Shown here: in pieces, positions 1-7,965 of the stretch
How positions within the stretch are numbered: the stretch's first letter is position 1
Layout of the letters: each line of letters starts with the position of its first letter
Notes under the pieces: generated by a model
Seen by the model: only the letters and a program-made list of their open reading frames with translations
What the model was told of the DNA's origin: nothing
Databases searched by the model: none
Position numbers and translations under genes: made by a program
Source of the DNA: Patescibacteria group bacterium
Lineage (GTDB): Bacteria; Patescibacteriota; Patescibacteriia; Patescibacteriales; UBA12465
Direction of reading: 5' to 3'
NCBI GenBank assembly: GCA_049317985.1
Contig: JBMOHF010000006.1
Location: forward strand, 1-61,110
DNA: 61,110 bases

Positions 1-60
1 TAACTCAAAATCTTTAGAAAAACAAAATTACATAAACAATTAAACCATTATACTTAACAA

Positions 61-84
61 AAGAGCCCCCTTGCGGGGGCTCTT
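61..84 (-). terminator. Intrinsic terminator of the S-layer-like gene
   Basis: AAGAGCCCCC-ttgc-GGGGGCTCTT hairpin followed on the minus strand by a T-rich run, about 45 nt past the stop codon. Confidence 0.85.
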
Positions 85-129
85 AATGTATTTTTACTAG
101 CTAAACAAATAACTAATAAATCTAATTAC

Positions 130-3100
130 TTATTTTGACATTACTTGTGTATTAGTTGTTAAACCAATAACACGAGCGCCGTTAGAATAGGTAGGAACTG
201 AAATACTTGCACCATCAGACCAGATGAAACTTCCTGAAGGGACGGTAGTACTTGTGCCAGTGATTACACCAACAGCATAACTAGCATCTTCAGAGATCTT
301 GGTTGTGATAGATTCAGAACCTTGACCAGAAACTGAAGTTGCAGCATAGATTTCGAAAGTTTTTGAAGTTCCAGCAGAAATTACTTCGTTACTTGCAAGA
401 ACAACAGTTAACTTTTTAGTTCCTGCGTCATAAGTAGCGGAAGTAACAGTCTTGTAGGAACCATTGACCTTCAAAGTGTTAGTTGTGGAAGCTGTTACAG
501 CGTCGAGGCTAGAGCTTGCACTATGAGTAACATCAAATACTAAAGTGTTTAATTCTACATCGCCGTTGCTATCAGCAGAAACAGTGAATTTGGAAACAAC
601 GTTATCGCCAGTTGTTAATACTGTTGTAGGCAAAGCAGCCAATTGAACAGTAGGAACAGTCTTCCTGACGCGGAAATTGTTTGCTAAAACACCGTTAACG
701 CCATTGGTATTTTGATTGGTTACTGAACCATTAGAAGACTTGAACTTCATAGTTGTTAAACCGAAGTGAAGATCTTTGTTGGTTGCAGTAGCGTCATTGC
801 TAATGTTATTCAAGACAACTTTAACAGTCAAAGTTACGCTAGAATTAGCGGAAACTTTAGCCTTGTCATTGCTAATCATGAAAGTACCAGCACCAGAAAC
901 TGGAGTAATGGAATCAACTAAATTTAAGCCATTATACAAGTTAATGGAAGCGATTCTAGAATCAGCAGCATCTGTCTTAGTTGAAGAAGATGCGATTGAT
1001 GCATTGTAAGCAGTGTTTACAATGTTCAATTCTGTTAAAGAAGCATCGTCGTCAACAGCAGTAAACTTGAATTGAGCAACTTCTTGTTCAACACCAGCCT
1101 TTGAGGCAAGCATTCCAGCAGCTGGAGTGTTACCACCTATAGCTACAGATAAAGAACCATTAGCGTTGACTGCGAATTCAGCAGAAATAGGTTGGGAAGA
1201 AGCATTAACAGTAGTCCCGCGAGAATCTTGAGCAGTAATAGTCATAATGTTTTTAAAATGACCAGTTGCGGAAGAATCAAAAGAACCCTTGATTTCGATG
1301 TTCTTTGTGGTGTCTTTAGCGATTTCAATAGTTAAACCGGAAATTGTAGCACCAGATGTACCCCAATCAACGATTTTACCAGTGTCAACGCCGTCAACAA
1401 ATACTTTAATATCGCTTACAGAAGAAGCATTAACAGTATTGCCAGTAGTAGATGCTAAAGCGATAGAAGTAACTTTTACCGTATCGTTTAATGCCTTCAA
1501 GGTATATTTACCTAGAGAAACATCAGTAGCACCTTGGACAATGGATTTGTTATCAGCATAACCATCGTTTCTAACAGCAGTCAAAGTAGCACCGGCTACA
1601 GTGAAAATAGCACCAGCGGCAGAGCCACCGACTTCATTTGTTGTATTAACAGAATTACCAGAAATTACATATTCTGGATTCTGTCCGTCAAACATTGAAG
1701 GATACAATTTAAATGTGATGTTAGAAGCTGTAGCATCAGACTTTGCCTTTGCTACTACCTTGATTTCGTTGTCACCCTTGTTCAAGCTAACAGTACTATC
1801 AAGAAGTTTTTCAACTTCTGTTGTGGAAGTAGCTAGATCGAAAGAATCTAACAAAGCACCATTCACGTAAACGCGAACGTTTTCAAAGTTAGTAGAAGTG
1901 GAGTTGTTAGATGCAGTATACTTAATCTTTAATCCATCAGCAGTAATAGCTTCATCAGTGCGAAGGTTAGCTAACAACATTGTGTTATCAGAACCTTTAA
2001 CGATAGTTGTATCAGATGGAGATGTTGCTTTTTTGGTGATAGAAATAGCACCAGCATCGATGGATCTGTTTGAAAAAACAACACCATCAGCTGAAGTTCC
2101 ATTGTATTTTACATTGAAACCAAAACTAGTTGCTTTTTCATAACCAGAAATATCAGTACTCTTGTTCAAAGATAATTGAATATTGGAGCTAGAATTTTCT
2201 CTGGCGATGACATCACCCTTAATGTAGAACAATTTATTAGAATCATCTTTTAAGATTTCGGTTCCATTGTTGAAAGTGAAAGTTACGAAACGACCATTAA
2301 CAACAACATTAGAAGTAACTTTGTTTCCAGCTTGTTCTAAGTAAAGATTGGTTAAAGAAGTTAAATCTTCAGTACCGTTGTTCTTTAACATTACAGAAGT
2401 CAAAACGACATCTTTTGTAGTGTTTAATTGGAATCTACCTAAGTCAACAGCTTTATCACCAACTTTTACGTTGGAAGAAGTAGTTGCAAGTTGATCGATA
2501 GTTAAATCAACAACATTGTAACTTGTTGGAGACATTAAGTTTCCGTTAACAGGAAAAGAGCCAGCAACGTTTGCAGCAGTTGCGCTCACCGCAGAAGCAG
2601 AAGCGATGCTCAAACCAATATTACCAGCGTTAGTGCCAGTTAAAGAAGCGATTAAGTCCAAAGAAACTGTTTGACCAGCTGGAACAACTAAAGCTGGAGA
2701 AAGAGTCAAAACAGATTCATCATTTGAATTCATTGACTTCTTAGAAGCAACAATAGTTCCGTTGTTTTCCGCCCAAACTTTATCAATGTTAGAGTATGTG
2801 GATAAACCAATTCTTTTAACAGTGATTGAGCTAACAGAGATAGCGCCATCATTAGCAGCAGTCAAATTGACTTTAGCCATTGGAACACGAGCTCCGTTAT
2901 TTGGAACAGAGATAGCAGCTGGAGTGTTAGCATTCAAAGACAAAGTTAAACCAGAACCAGTAACTACTGGAGGAGTAACGATAGTGCCACCATTCTGAGC
3001 AGCATTAATCAATGAAGATTCCATGCCAGTGATATCATTTCCACCAGCAGTGAAACTCATGCTAGTTTTAACAATGTACTTTGCGTTAAAACGATTTGCA

Positions 3101-3681
3101 TTGAAAGCAGCTTCAGTTGCTACCTTGCGATAATTTGCACCATCGAAGTAGTAAACATCAGCACCAGTGGTCTTCTTTAACAAAGTACCTGCTGGGTATT
3201 GGCCAGTTGGTAATTGAGTTCCAACAGTGTATGAAACAAAATTTTGGTCAGACACTTTAGTCACTTTCTTTGCCCAAAGTGAGCCATAGAGAGCGATTGC
3301 GTTAGCAGTCTCAATTTTGCGAAGCATACCGTTTGGTTCAACCGCATAAACAGTTGTATCAGTAGTAACGTCGCGTTGTACCAAGTTGGTACCTGGTCTC
3401 ATAGTAACAAAACCCTTAGGAGTTCCATAAGAATTTAAGTCGTTAACTGAAATAGTGATAACACCACTCCAATCCTTATACCAAGAGAAGTAAGTACCTT
3501 CATTTGGGATATTGTACAATTTGCTGTCAGAACCGAGGTAATAAACAGTCTTTGCACCTGCAGCCTTGACGAGATCGCCAGGTTGAGCAGAAGCAGCGGA
3601 GACCAAAGAGGCCATGCCACTCATTACAAAAACAGTTAATGCCATCACGCTAACAGACAAAACCTTGCGTAATTTAAACAT
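130..3681 (-). CDS. Large secreted cell-surface / S-layer-like protein
   Basis: Signal peptide from ATG 3681 (MFKLRKVLSV...VSAASA); N-terminal Parcubacteria-type repeats (GDLVK..VYYL..FSWY; GTLLK..VYYF); long T/S/N/V-rich beta-sandwich body with no Cys. The ORF-track TTG start at 3720 is probably too early. Confidence 0.75.
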   Translation of the reverse strand: MFKLRKVLSVSVMALTVFVMSGMASLVSAASAQPGDLVKAAGAKTVYYLGSDSKLYNIPNEGTYFSWYKDWSGVITISVNDLNSYGTPKGFVTMRPGTNLVQRDVTTDTTVYAVEPNGMLRKIETANAIALYGSLWAKKVTKVSDQNFVSYTVGTQLPTGQYPAGTLLKKTTGADVYYFDGANYRKVATEAAFNANRFNAKYIVKTSMSFTAGGNDITGMESSLINAAQNGGTIVTPPVVTGSGLTLSLNANTPAAISVPNNGARVPMAKVNLTAANDGAISVSSITVKRIGLSTYSNIDKVWAENNGTIVASKKSMNSNDESVLTLSPALVVPAGQTVSLDLIASLTGTNAGNIGLSIASASAVSATAANVAGSFPVNGNLMSPTSYNVVDLTIDQLATTSSNVKVGDKAVDLGRFQLNTTKDVVLTSVMLKNNGTEDLTSLTNLYLEQAGNKVTSNVVVNGRFVTFTFNNGTEILKDDSNKLFYIKGDVIARENSSSNIQLSLNKSTDISGYEKATSFGFNVKYNGTSADGVVFSNRSIDAGAISITKKATSPSDTTIVKGSDNTMLLANLRTDEAITADGLKIKYTASNNSTSTNFENVRVYVNGALLDSFDLATSTTEVEKLLDSTVSLNKGDNEIKVVAKAKSDATASNITFKLYPSMFDGQNPEYVISGNSVNTTNEVGGSAAGAIFTVAGATLTAVRNDGYADNKSIVQGATDVSLGKYTLKALNDTVKVTSIALASTTGNTVNASSVSDIKVFVDGVDTGKIVDWGTSGATISGLTIEIAKDTTKNIEIKGSFDSSATGHFKNIMTITAQDSRGTTVNASSQPISAEFAVNANGSLSVAIGGNTPAAGMLASKAGVEQEVAQFKFTAVDDDASLTELNIVNTAYNASIASSSTKTDAADSRIASINLYNGLNLVDSITPVSGAGTFMISNDKAKVSANSSVTLTVKVVLNNISNDATATNKDLHFGLTTMKFKSSNGSVTNQNTNGVNGVLANNFRVRKTVPTVQLAALPTTVLTTGDNVVSKFTVSADSNGDVELNTLVFDVTHSASSSLDAVTASTTNTLKVNGSYKTVTSATYDAGTKKLTVVLASNEVISAGTSKTFEIYAATSVSGQGSESITTKISEDASYAVGVITGTSTTVPSGSFIWSDGASISVPTYSNGARVIGLTTNTQVMSK

Positions 3682-4180
3682 ATTTGTTTTAAGGAAATTA
3701 TCATTCGTGGCGCCGGACAATAGTAGTACGAGCCAACGATTGACAATAAAATAGATTCAAAAGGGATAAAACACCAAATACTTCACGGAAAACGATTTTT
3801 TCGTTTTGATCACTAGCTTTGCTTCGTTAAGTCATTTTGACTTTAAAAGCACTTAGCTTAAATCAATCGGAATCCCGCTTCCCCGCTCATTAAATAAATA
3901 ATGAAGGAGAAAAGCTAAATCGATCTAAGTGGGCGCTGATTTTGGTCTAGCAACTTTTCAGAGCTAAATAGAAATCAGTTCTACTTCAATCGCCTCTCGC
4001 TTTTCTTTAGGGTCATAAGTCCTCTTTTGAAATAAAATTTATAAGAAACAACGCCATCGCATCGAAACGCGACTCAACCTTTCTCAGGCTTTGTTCGTCC
4101 GTTTCATATATACATATATATATGAATATATGATTCGGATTTATTAAGCGACAAAAATCGCCTAGTAAATACGCATCATA
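3682..4180 (-). ncRNA. Putative ~500-nt structured leader / ncRNA upstream of the S-layer-like gene
   Basis: Non-coding, with many inverted repeats, e.g. 3829-3834/3838-3843, 3850-3856/3925-3931, 3936-3942/3972-3978, 4057-4072, 4104-4111/4126-4133. Confidence 0.45.
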
Positions 4181-4927
4181 TTATTTGATCAACTCGTCGA
4201 TTTTTTGGAGATTGTCCAAGGTCTTTTGATAATCTTTCTTTTTGAAAGAATCTTGAGCTTGGTCGATAATTGTTTTTTCTTTAGTAGAAGTAGCTGTGCT
4301 AGTCGGAGTGGTGCTAGTCGCTTTGGCGGGAATAAATAATTGCATACCGCGATCATCTTTCCCGGAGCTGGCGCTAATGACTTTTTCATCAATCTTCGCA
4401 GGAGTGATTGTGGCAACTGGGGCCATCGCGGTCAAACGAACATTAACCGTTTCAATCTCTTTATTAAAATCGTTACTCAGCTTTGCAACCTCGGTTTGAT
4501 TTGCCGGAATATTAAATTTTGGATCAGCCAAAACTGCTGCGATGTCCGTTGCGTGTTCAGTAGCAAATTGAGCTTCCATTTTTTCACGAGCCTCCTTATC
4601 GATCACCGTATTAAGTTTCACTTTCTCGCTAATTACGCGAGCAACATACATCGTGCCATTTGGCTTCGCGTTGCTCAACCAGCTATGACTAAAAACAGCG
4701 GAGACAAACATCAAACAAACCAGCGAAGCAAAAGCAACGGCTGGCTGTGAAAAGGTCTTAACGGAAGTTTTGAAGACAATTACAAAACCCTCCCAAGAAG
4801 AAATTTCTTTTGGAGCGGAGTTGGAAATTTGAGTCAATAATAAATCCCTTTGACTTTGTTTCCAGGCATCATCAGGGCGAATATTACGCAAATTATTTAA
4901 TTGTTTCAACAAATCCCTTTCTTTCAT
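4181..4927 (-). CDS. Single-pass membrane protein, putative anti-sigma / ECF partner (DUF5667-like)
   Basis: Directly downstream of the ECF sigma; N-terminal 'LNNLRNIRPDDAWK' helix, one TM segment, 'KPNGTMY..R.ISEKVKL' motif, T/S-rich linker. Confidence 0.6.
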   Translation of the reverse strand: MKERDLLKQLNNLRNIRPDDAWKQSQRDLLLTQISNSAPKEISSWEGFVIVFKTSVKTFSQPAVAFASLVCLMFVSAVFSHSWLSNAKPNGTMYVARVISEKVKLNTVIDKEAREKMEAQFATEHATDIAAVLADPKFNIPANQTEVAKLSNDFNKEIETVNVRLTAMAPVATITPAKIDEKVISASSGKDDRGMQLFIPAKATSTTPTSTATSTKEKTIIDQAQDSFKKKDYQKTLDNLQKIDELIK

Positions 4928-4936
4928 ACACTAAGG

Positions 4937-4964
4937 TATACGAACTGAACAAAAAATTGTTACA
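4937..4964 (-). promoter_or_regulatory. ECF-type promoter TGTAAC-N16-CGTATA
   Basis: Minus strand -35 at 4964-4959 (overlapping the sigma stop codon), -10 at 4942-4937, 9 nt before ATG 4927; matches the SigX/SigW-like consensus. Confidence 0.65.
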
Positions 4965-5553
4965 GTTCACTGCCAGCTGACTCACCTTCATTAACTAGTT
5001 CTTTAAGCGCGGTAATTGCTCGATGAAGAAGAACTCTCACATTTCCCTTCTTTTTTTCTGTAATATTAGCAATTTCATCCATACTAAGATCATCAACAAA
5101 GCGCCAAATAATTATTTCACGATATTCATCCTTCAAAAACATCAACTTTTCTTGAATTAGCGCCAAATCCGCTTTCTGATCCAAGAGATCTTCTTGATTT
5201 CGACTATCATCAGGTAATTCTAGGGCCTGAGGAGCATCTTCTAAAGATATCTCGGAAGAAAGACCCCTATCTCGATAGTGATCAATAATGGCATTTCGGG
5301 CGATTTTATAGAGCAAAGCTCGTAAAGTCTTGGCATCCTTCAAGGAATTGGTCTGAATATAGTTCCAAGCCTTCAAAAATATGACGGAAACGAGGTCCTT
5401 GGCTTCCTCTTCGCTGCCCAACTTAAAAAACGCAAAACGATATAAATCGTCCGCGAAATCATCATAGGCCTTGATAAAGGCCTCCTTATCTCCACTTTTT
5501 AAACGAGAAAGGTTGTTCTTTTCGTGCCATTTTGTGAGTAAACTGTCAGACAT
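4960..5553 (-). CDS. ECF RNA polymerase sigma factor (sigma-70 family)
   Basis: Region 2 (LYRFAFFKLGSEEEAKDLVS..FLKAW..LLYKIARNAIIDHYR) and region 4 (LSMDEIA..GNVRVLLHRA). Confidence 0.95.
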   Translation of the reverse strand: MSDSLLTKWHEKNNLSRLKSGDKEAFIKAYDDFADDLYRFAFFKLGSEEEAKDLVSVIFLKAWNYIQTNSLKDAKTLRALLYKIARNAIIDHYRDRGLSSEISLEDAPQALELPDDSRNQEDLLDQKADLALIQEKLMFLKDEYREIIIWRFVDDLSMDEIANITEKKKGNVRVLLHRAITALKELVNEGESAGSEL

Positions 5554-5598
5554 GAATAAAAAAGATAAGCGGAATTAACCCCGCATCTTAACCCGATA

Positions 5599-5627
5599 AT
5601 CTTAGCAAATCGGACTATTTTAGGCAA
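5599..5627 (-). promoter_or_regulatory. sigma70 promoter of the ECF sigma gene
   Basis: TTGCCT-N17-TAAGAT with extended TG on the minus strand. Confidence 0.55.
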
Positions 5628-5705
5628 GTGTGCGAAGGTGACACCTTGGACTTGATACGCCCAAAGTAATCATATATTTTTTGAATTTTTTAGTTAGCAG
5701 CTTTT

Positions 5706-5795
5706 AAGTCCATACCTCTATGGACTTATCTGAGAATATTATATATCATGCTAATATTAGATATTTCGGACTTAAGTCCACGCCAATGTGGACTT
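5706..5795. promoter_or_regulatory. Two palindromic operators AAGTCCA-N8-TGGACTT around a TGGACT-N17-TATCAT promoter
   Basis: Operators at 5706-5727 and 5774-5795 with identical arms and spacing; promoter -35 at 5721-5726, -10 at 5744-5749. Confidence 0.75.
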
Positions 5796-5830
5796 AAAAC
5801 CATCAATTTTGAATTATCCAAAATTACAAT

Positions 5831-6175
5831 ATGAAATATATGAGTAACTTACATGAGATTCTTAAACGAAGCCAAGACTTTCAAATCAAGAATGGTTTCA
5901 ACGGGTCCCTGATTCCGGTCGCTAATCCTCTTTGGCTTTCTGTTTCCGAGGCGACGAAAATCGGTGGCATTCAACCAAAGACCATTCGTCGAGCCCTCAA
6001 ACTAAAAGATGATGGCAGTGACAAGACAGTTTCTGGCTTGAAATTCAAGATTATCAAAAATCGTTATCAGATTGAGTTTGGCTCCCTGTTAACTTATCTT
6101 TACTCAAATACAAAACTGCGAAATAAATTTACCGATAACGGACTCGGACAATACGTCGGTATTTGGAAAATATAG
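5831..6175 (+). CDS. Small excisionase/MerR-like helix-turn-helix protein
   Basis: WLSVSEATKIGGIQPKTIRRAL HTH followed by a wing-like 'KIIKNRYQIEF' segment. Confidence 0.75.
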   Translation: MKYMSNLHEILKRSQDFQIKNGFNGSLIPVANPLWLSVSEATKIGGIQPKTIRRALKLKDDGSDKTVSGLKFKIIKNRYQIEFGSLLTYLYSNTKLRNKFTDNGLGQYVGIWKI

Positions 6176-6181
6176 CCAAAC

Positions 6182-6214
6182 AAAAAACCACCGGATTCCG
6201 TCGGTGGTTTTTTT
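6182..6214. terminator. Bidirectional terminator
   Basis: AAAAAACCACCG...CGGTGGTTTTTT between the convergent HTH and HU genes. Confidence 0.85.
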
Positions 6215-6232
6215 GAGAAAAGATTCTATCAA

Positions 6233-6514
6233 TTAGAGAACAGCATCCTTCACAGCTTTTGCAAGACGGAATTTTACAACTGTCTTAGCTGGGATTTTGA
6301 TGGTTTCACCGGTTGCAGGGTTGCGACCTTCGCGAGCCTTTCTTTTTGCTTTAACTAATTTACCGAAGCCAGGAACTAAGCATTCGCCGTTCTTTTTTAC
6401 TTCTTTGTAAACCATATCGGACATTGCTTCAATGAAAGCAGCGACGTCCTTTTTGCTCATACCGGCGGTTTCAGCTAAGCTGGCAACCATCTGTGCTTTT
6501 GTCATTTTTGACAT
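6233..6514 (-). CDS. hup: Histone-like DNA-binding protein HU
   Basis: GFGKL...RKAREGRNPATGETIKIPAKTVVKFR signature. Confidence 0.95.
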   Translation of the reverse strand: MSKMTKAQMVASLAETAGMSKKDVAAFIEAMSDMVYKEVKKNGECLVPGFGKLVKAKRKAREGRNPATGETIKIPAKTVVKFRLAKAVKDAVL

Positions 6515-6782
6515 AAAAATTGCATGGGGCTCATTACTTCATTCGCATCTAAGTGCGACGTAAAATAATAATTCCTAAATTAAATGGATATAATCCTTTT
6601 ATTTATATGCTTATTATAGCATGTCTAAAATAATTTGCCAATAAACAAAGGGGTGAAAAAGTTTATTGATAATTTATCCTGTTTTTATTGGCTTTTCTTG
6701 AATAATATTGACATTGAAATAAATAAATAATAAAATATTTAAACATAAAAATATTTAGAACTTTAAAAAAATTATATAAGTA

Positions 6783-7109
6783 ATGAAAAATAAAAAAATT
6801 TATATTGGTTGTTTTGTAAAAGAAAATAAATCTATTTACCAACACATCATTAAAAACAATGGTCTTGCTCTATCAGAAAACGCGGAAGAAGCTCACGCAA
6901 TAATTACTGATTATATTGGAACCGGACTAGATTGTTTGGATTGTGATAAGCCAACCATAATTTTAAGCGCTCATCACCATGAATCAAATGAGGAGTTGAG
7001 AAAACGCTTAACCAGACAAAACTTCAAAACAAAAAAAATAGTTATTGAAGTTCCAGTAAATCCTCAACGAGTACTGACTGAAATAAAAATTTTATTAGAA
7101 TCAGATTAA
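6783..7109 (+). CDS. Orphan protein, degenerate CheY-like receiver domain
   Basis: AIITD...GLDCL...PTIILSA...VPVNP..VL..I..LL pattern; own promoter TTGACA(6708)-N17-TAAAAT(6731). Confidence 0.5.
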   Translation: MKNKKIYIGCFVKENKSIYQHIIKNNGLALSENAEEAHAIITDYIGTGLDCLDCDKPTIILSAHHHESNEELRKRLTRQNFKTKKIVIEVPVNPQRVLTEIKILLESD

Positions 7110-7112
7110 TAC

Positions 7113-7143
7113 AAAAGCCCCTGTTTCCGCAGAGGCTTTTTTT
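7113..7143. terminator. Bidirectional terminator
   Basis: AAAAGCCCCTG...CAGAGGCTTTTTTT between convergent genes. Confidence 0.75.
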
Positions 7144-7163
7144 ATATAGTTAATATTTGGGTT

Positions 7164-7943
7164 TTATTTGATGTTATAATTAACGCCAATTTCAATAATT
7201 ACTTCTCTGCTTCCTTCCGGAATCTGAGGAGTTGAGCCTTTTTCTGCTCCGCCCATTCCACCAATACCATAAGCAGCCCCATAATTTGGTTGTGGTTGGA
7301 TTAGGGTCTCATACCAACCAGCAATATTCTTTATTTTAACATCCGCCGCTTCGGCCATTACACCACTTTTTTCGCGGGCATCTTTGATTGCCATCAACCT
7401 GGCTTGTTGCTTGAGATTGTTTAAGTTGGAGGAATCAAAAGTTAGGTTGTTTACCTGGTTAGCACCAGCCTTACTAGCGGCGGCGATTACCTTGTTTAAT
7501 TTTTCTGGTTTTTGATCAAATTCACGAACTTTTACACTCAATTGTTGATTCGCATTATAGCCAGTTGTAGAAGCAACGTTGTTGTTTCCGTACTCAACCT
7601 GCGGTGAAAGATTGTAATTTTGGGTTTCAATGTCAGCGTCAGTGATCCCTTCCGCCTTAACGGCCATAATAATCACTGCCATTTTGGAATTTAATTGAGC
7701 CAACGCCTCTTCAGCGGTTTTTGCTTTATCAATTTGTACTCCCAAATTAATGATTGCGACGTCTGGATTATATGCTACTCTTCCTTGACCAGTGATTGTC
7801 ACTTGGCGATATTGCTGGTTGACAATCCGATCACGCAAAATTGCCACTGTGACAATGCCAGCCAAGAGTAGCATACCAATAATAATTATAATTCCTTTGC
7901 CATGGCCCTTACAGCAAGCCTGGACTTCGTTGTTGTTTTCCAT
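7164..7943 (-). CDS. SIMPL (DUF541) domain protein
   Basis: N-terminal TM; VTITGQGRV...PDVA.INLGV, GITDADIET.NYNLSP, AGANQV..LTF motifs. Confidence 0.9.
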   Translation of the reverse strand: MENNNEVQACCKGHGKGIIIIIGMLLLAGIVTVAILRDRIVNQQYRQVTITGQGRVAYNPDVAIINLGVQIDKAKTAEEALAQLNSKMAVIIMAVKAEGITDADIETQNYNLSPQVEYGNNNVASTTGYNANQQLSVKVREFDQKPEKLNKVIAAASKAGANQVNNLTFDSSNLNNLKQQARLMAIKDAREKSGVMAEAADVKIKNIAGWYETLIQPQPNYGAAYGIGGMGGAEKGSTPQIPEGSREVIIEIGVNYNIK

Positions 7944-7965
7944 ATTTTTATTTAATTAATATAAA

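Noticed and set aside
776-3620. Many short + strand ORFs (and one alternative-frame minus ORF) inside the S-layer-like gene
   Set aside because: Shadows produced by biased codon use in a long real gene; no motifs or independent signals
4104-4133. (AT)n tract as a phase-variable repeat
   Set aside because: Short and interrupted; better explained as a hairpin within the structured leader
3682-4180. RNase P RNA, tmRNA or intron in the long intergenic region
   Set aside because: None of the diagnostic conserved sequences is present on either strand
5706-5795. Palindromic repeats as a mini-CRISPR
   Set aside because: Only two units, the variable part is inside the palindrome, and there are no cas genes; fits protein operators
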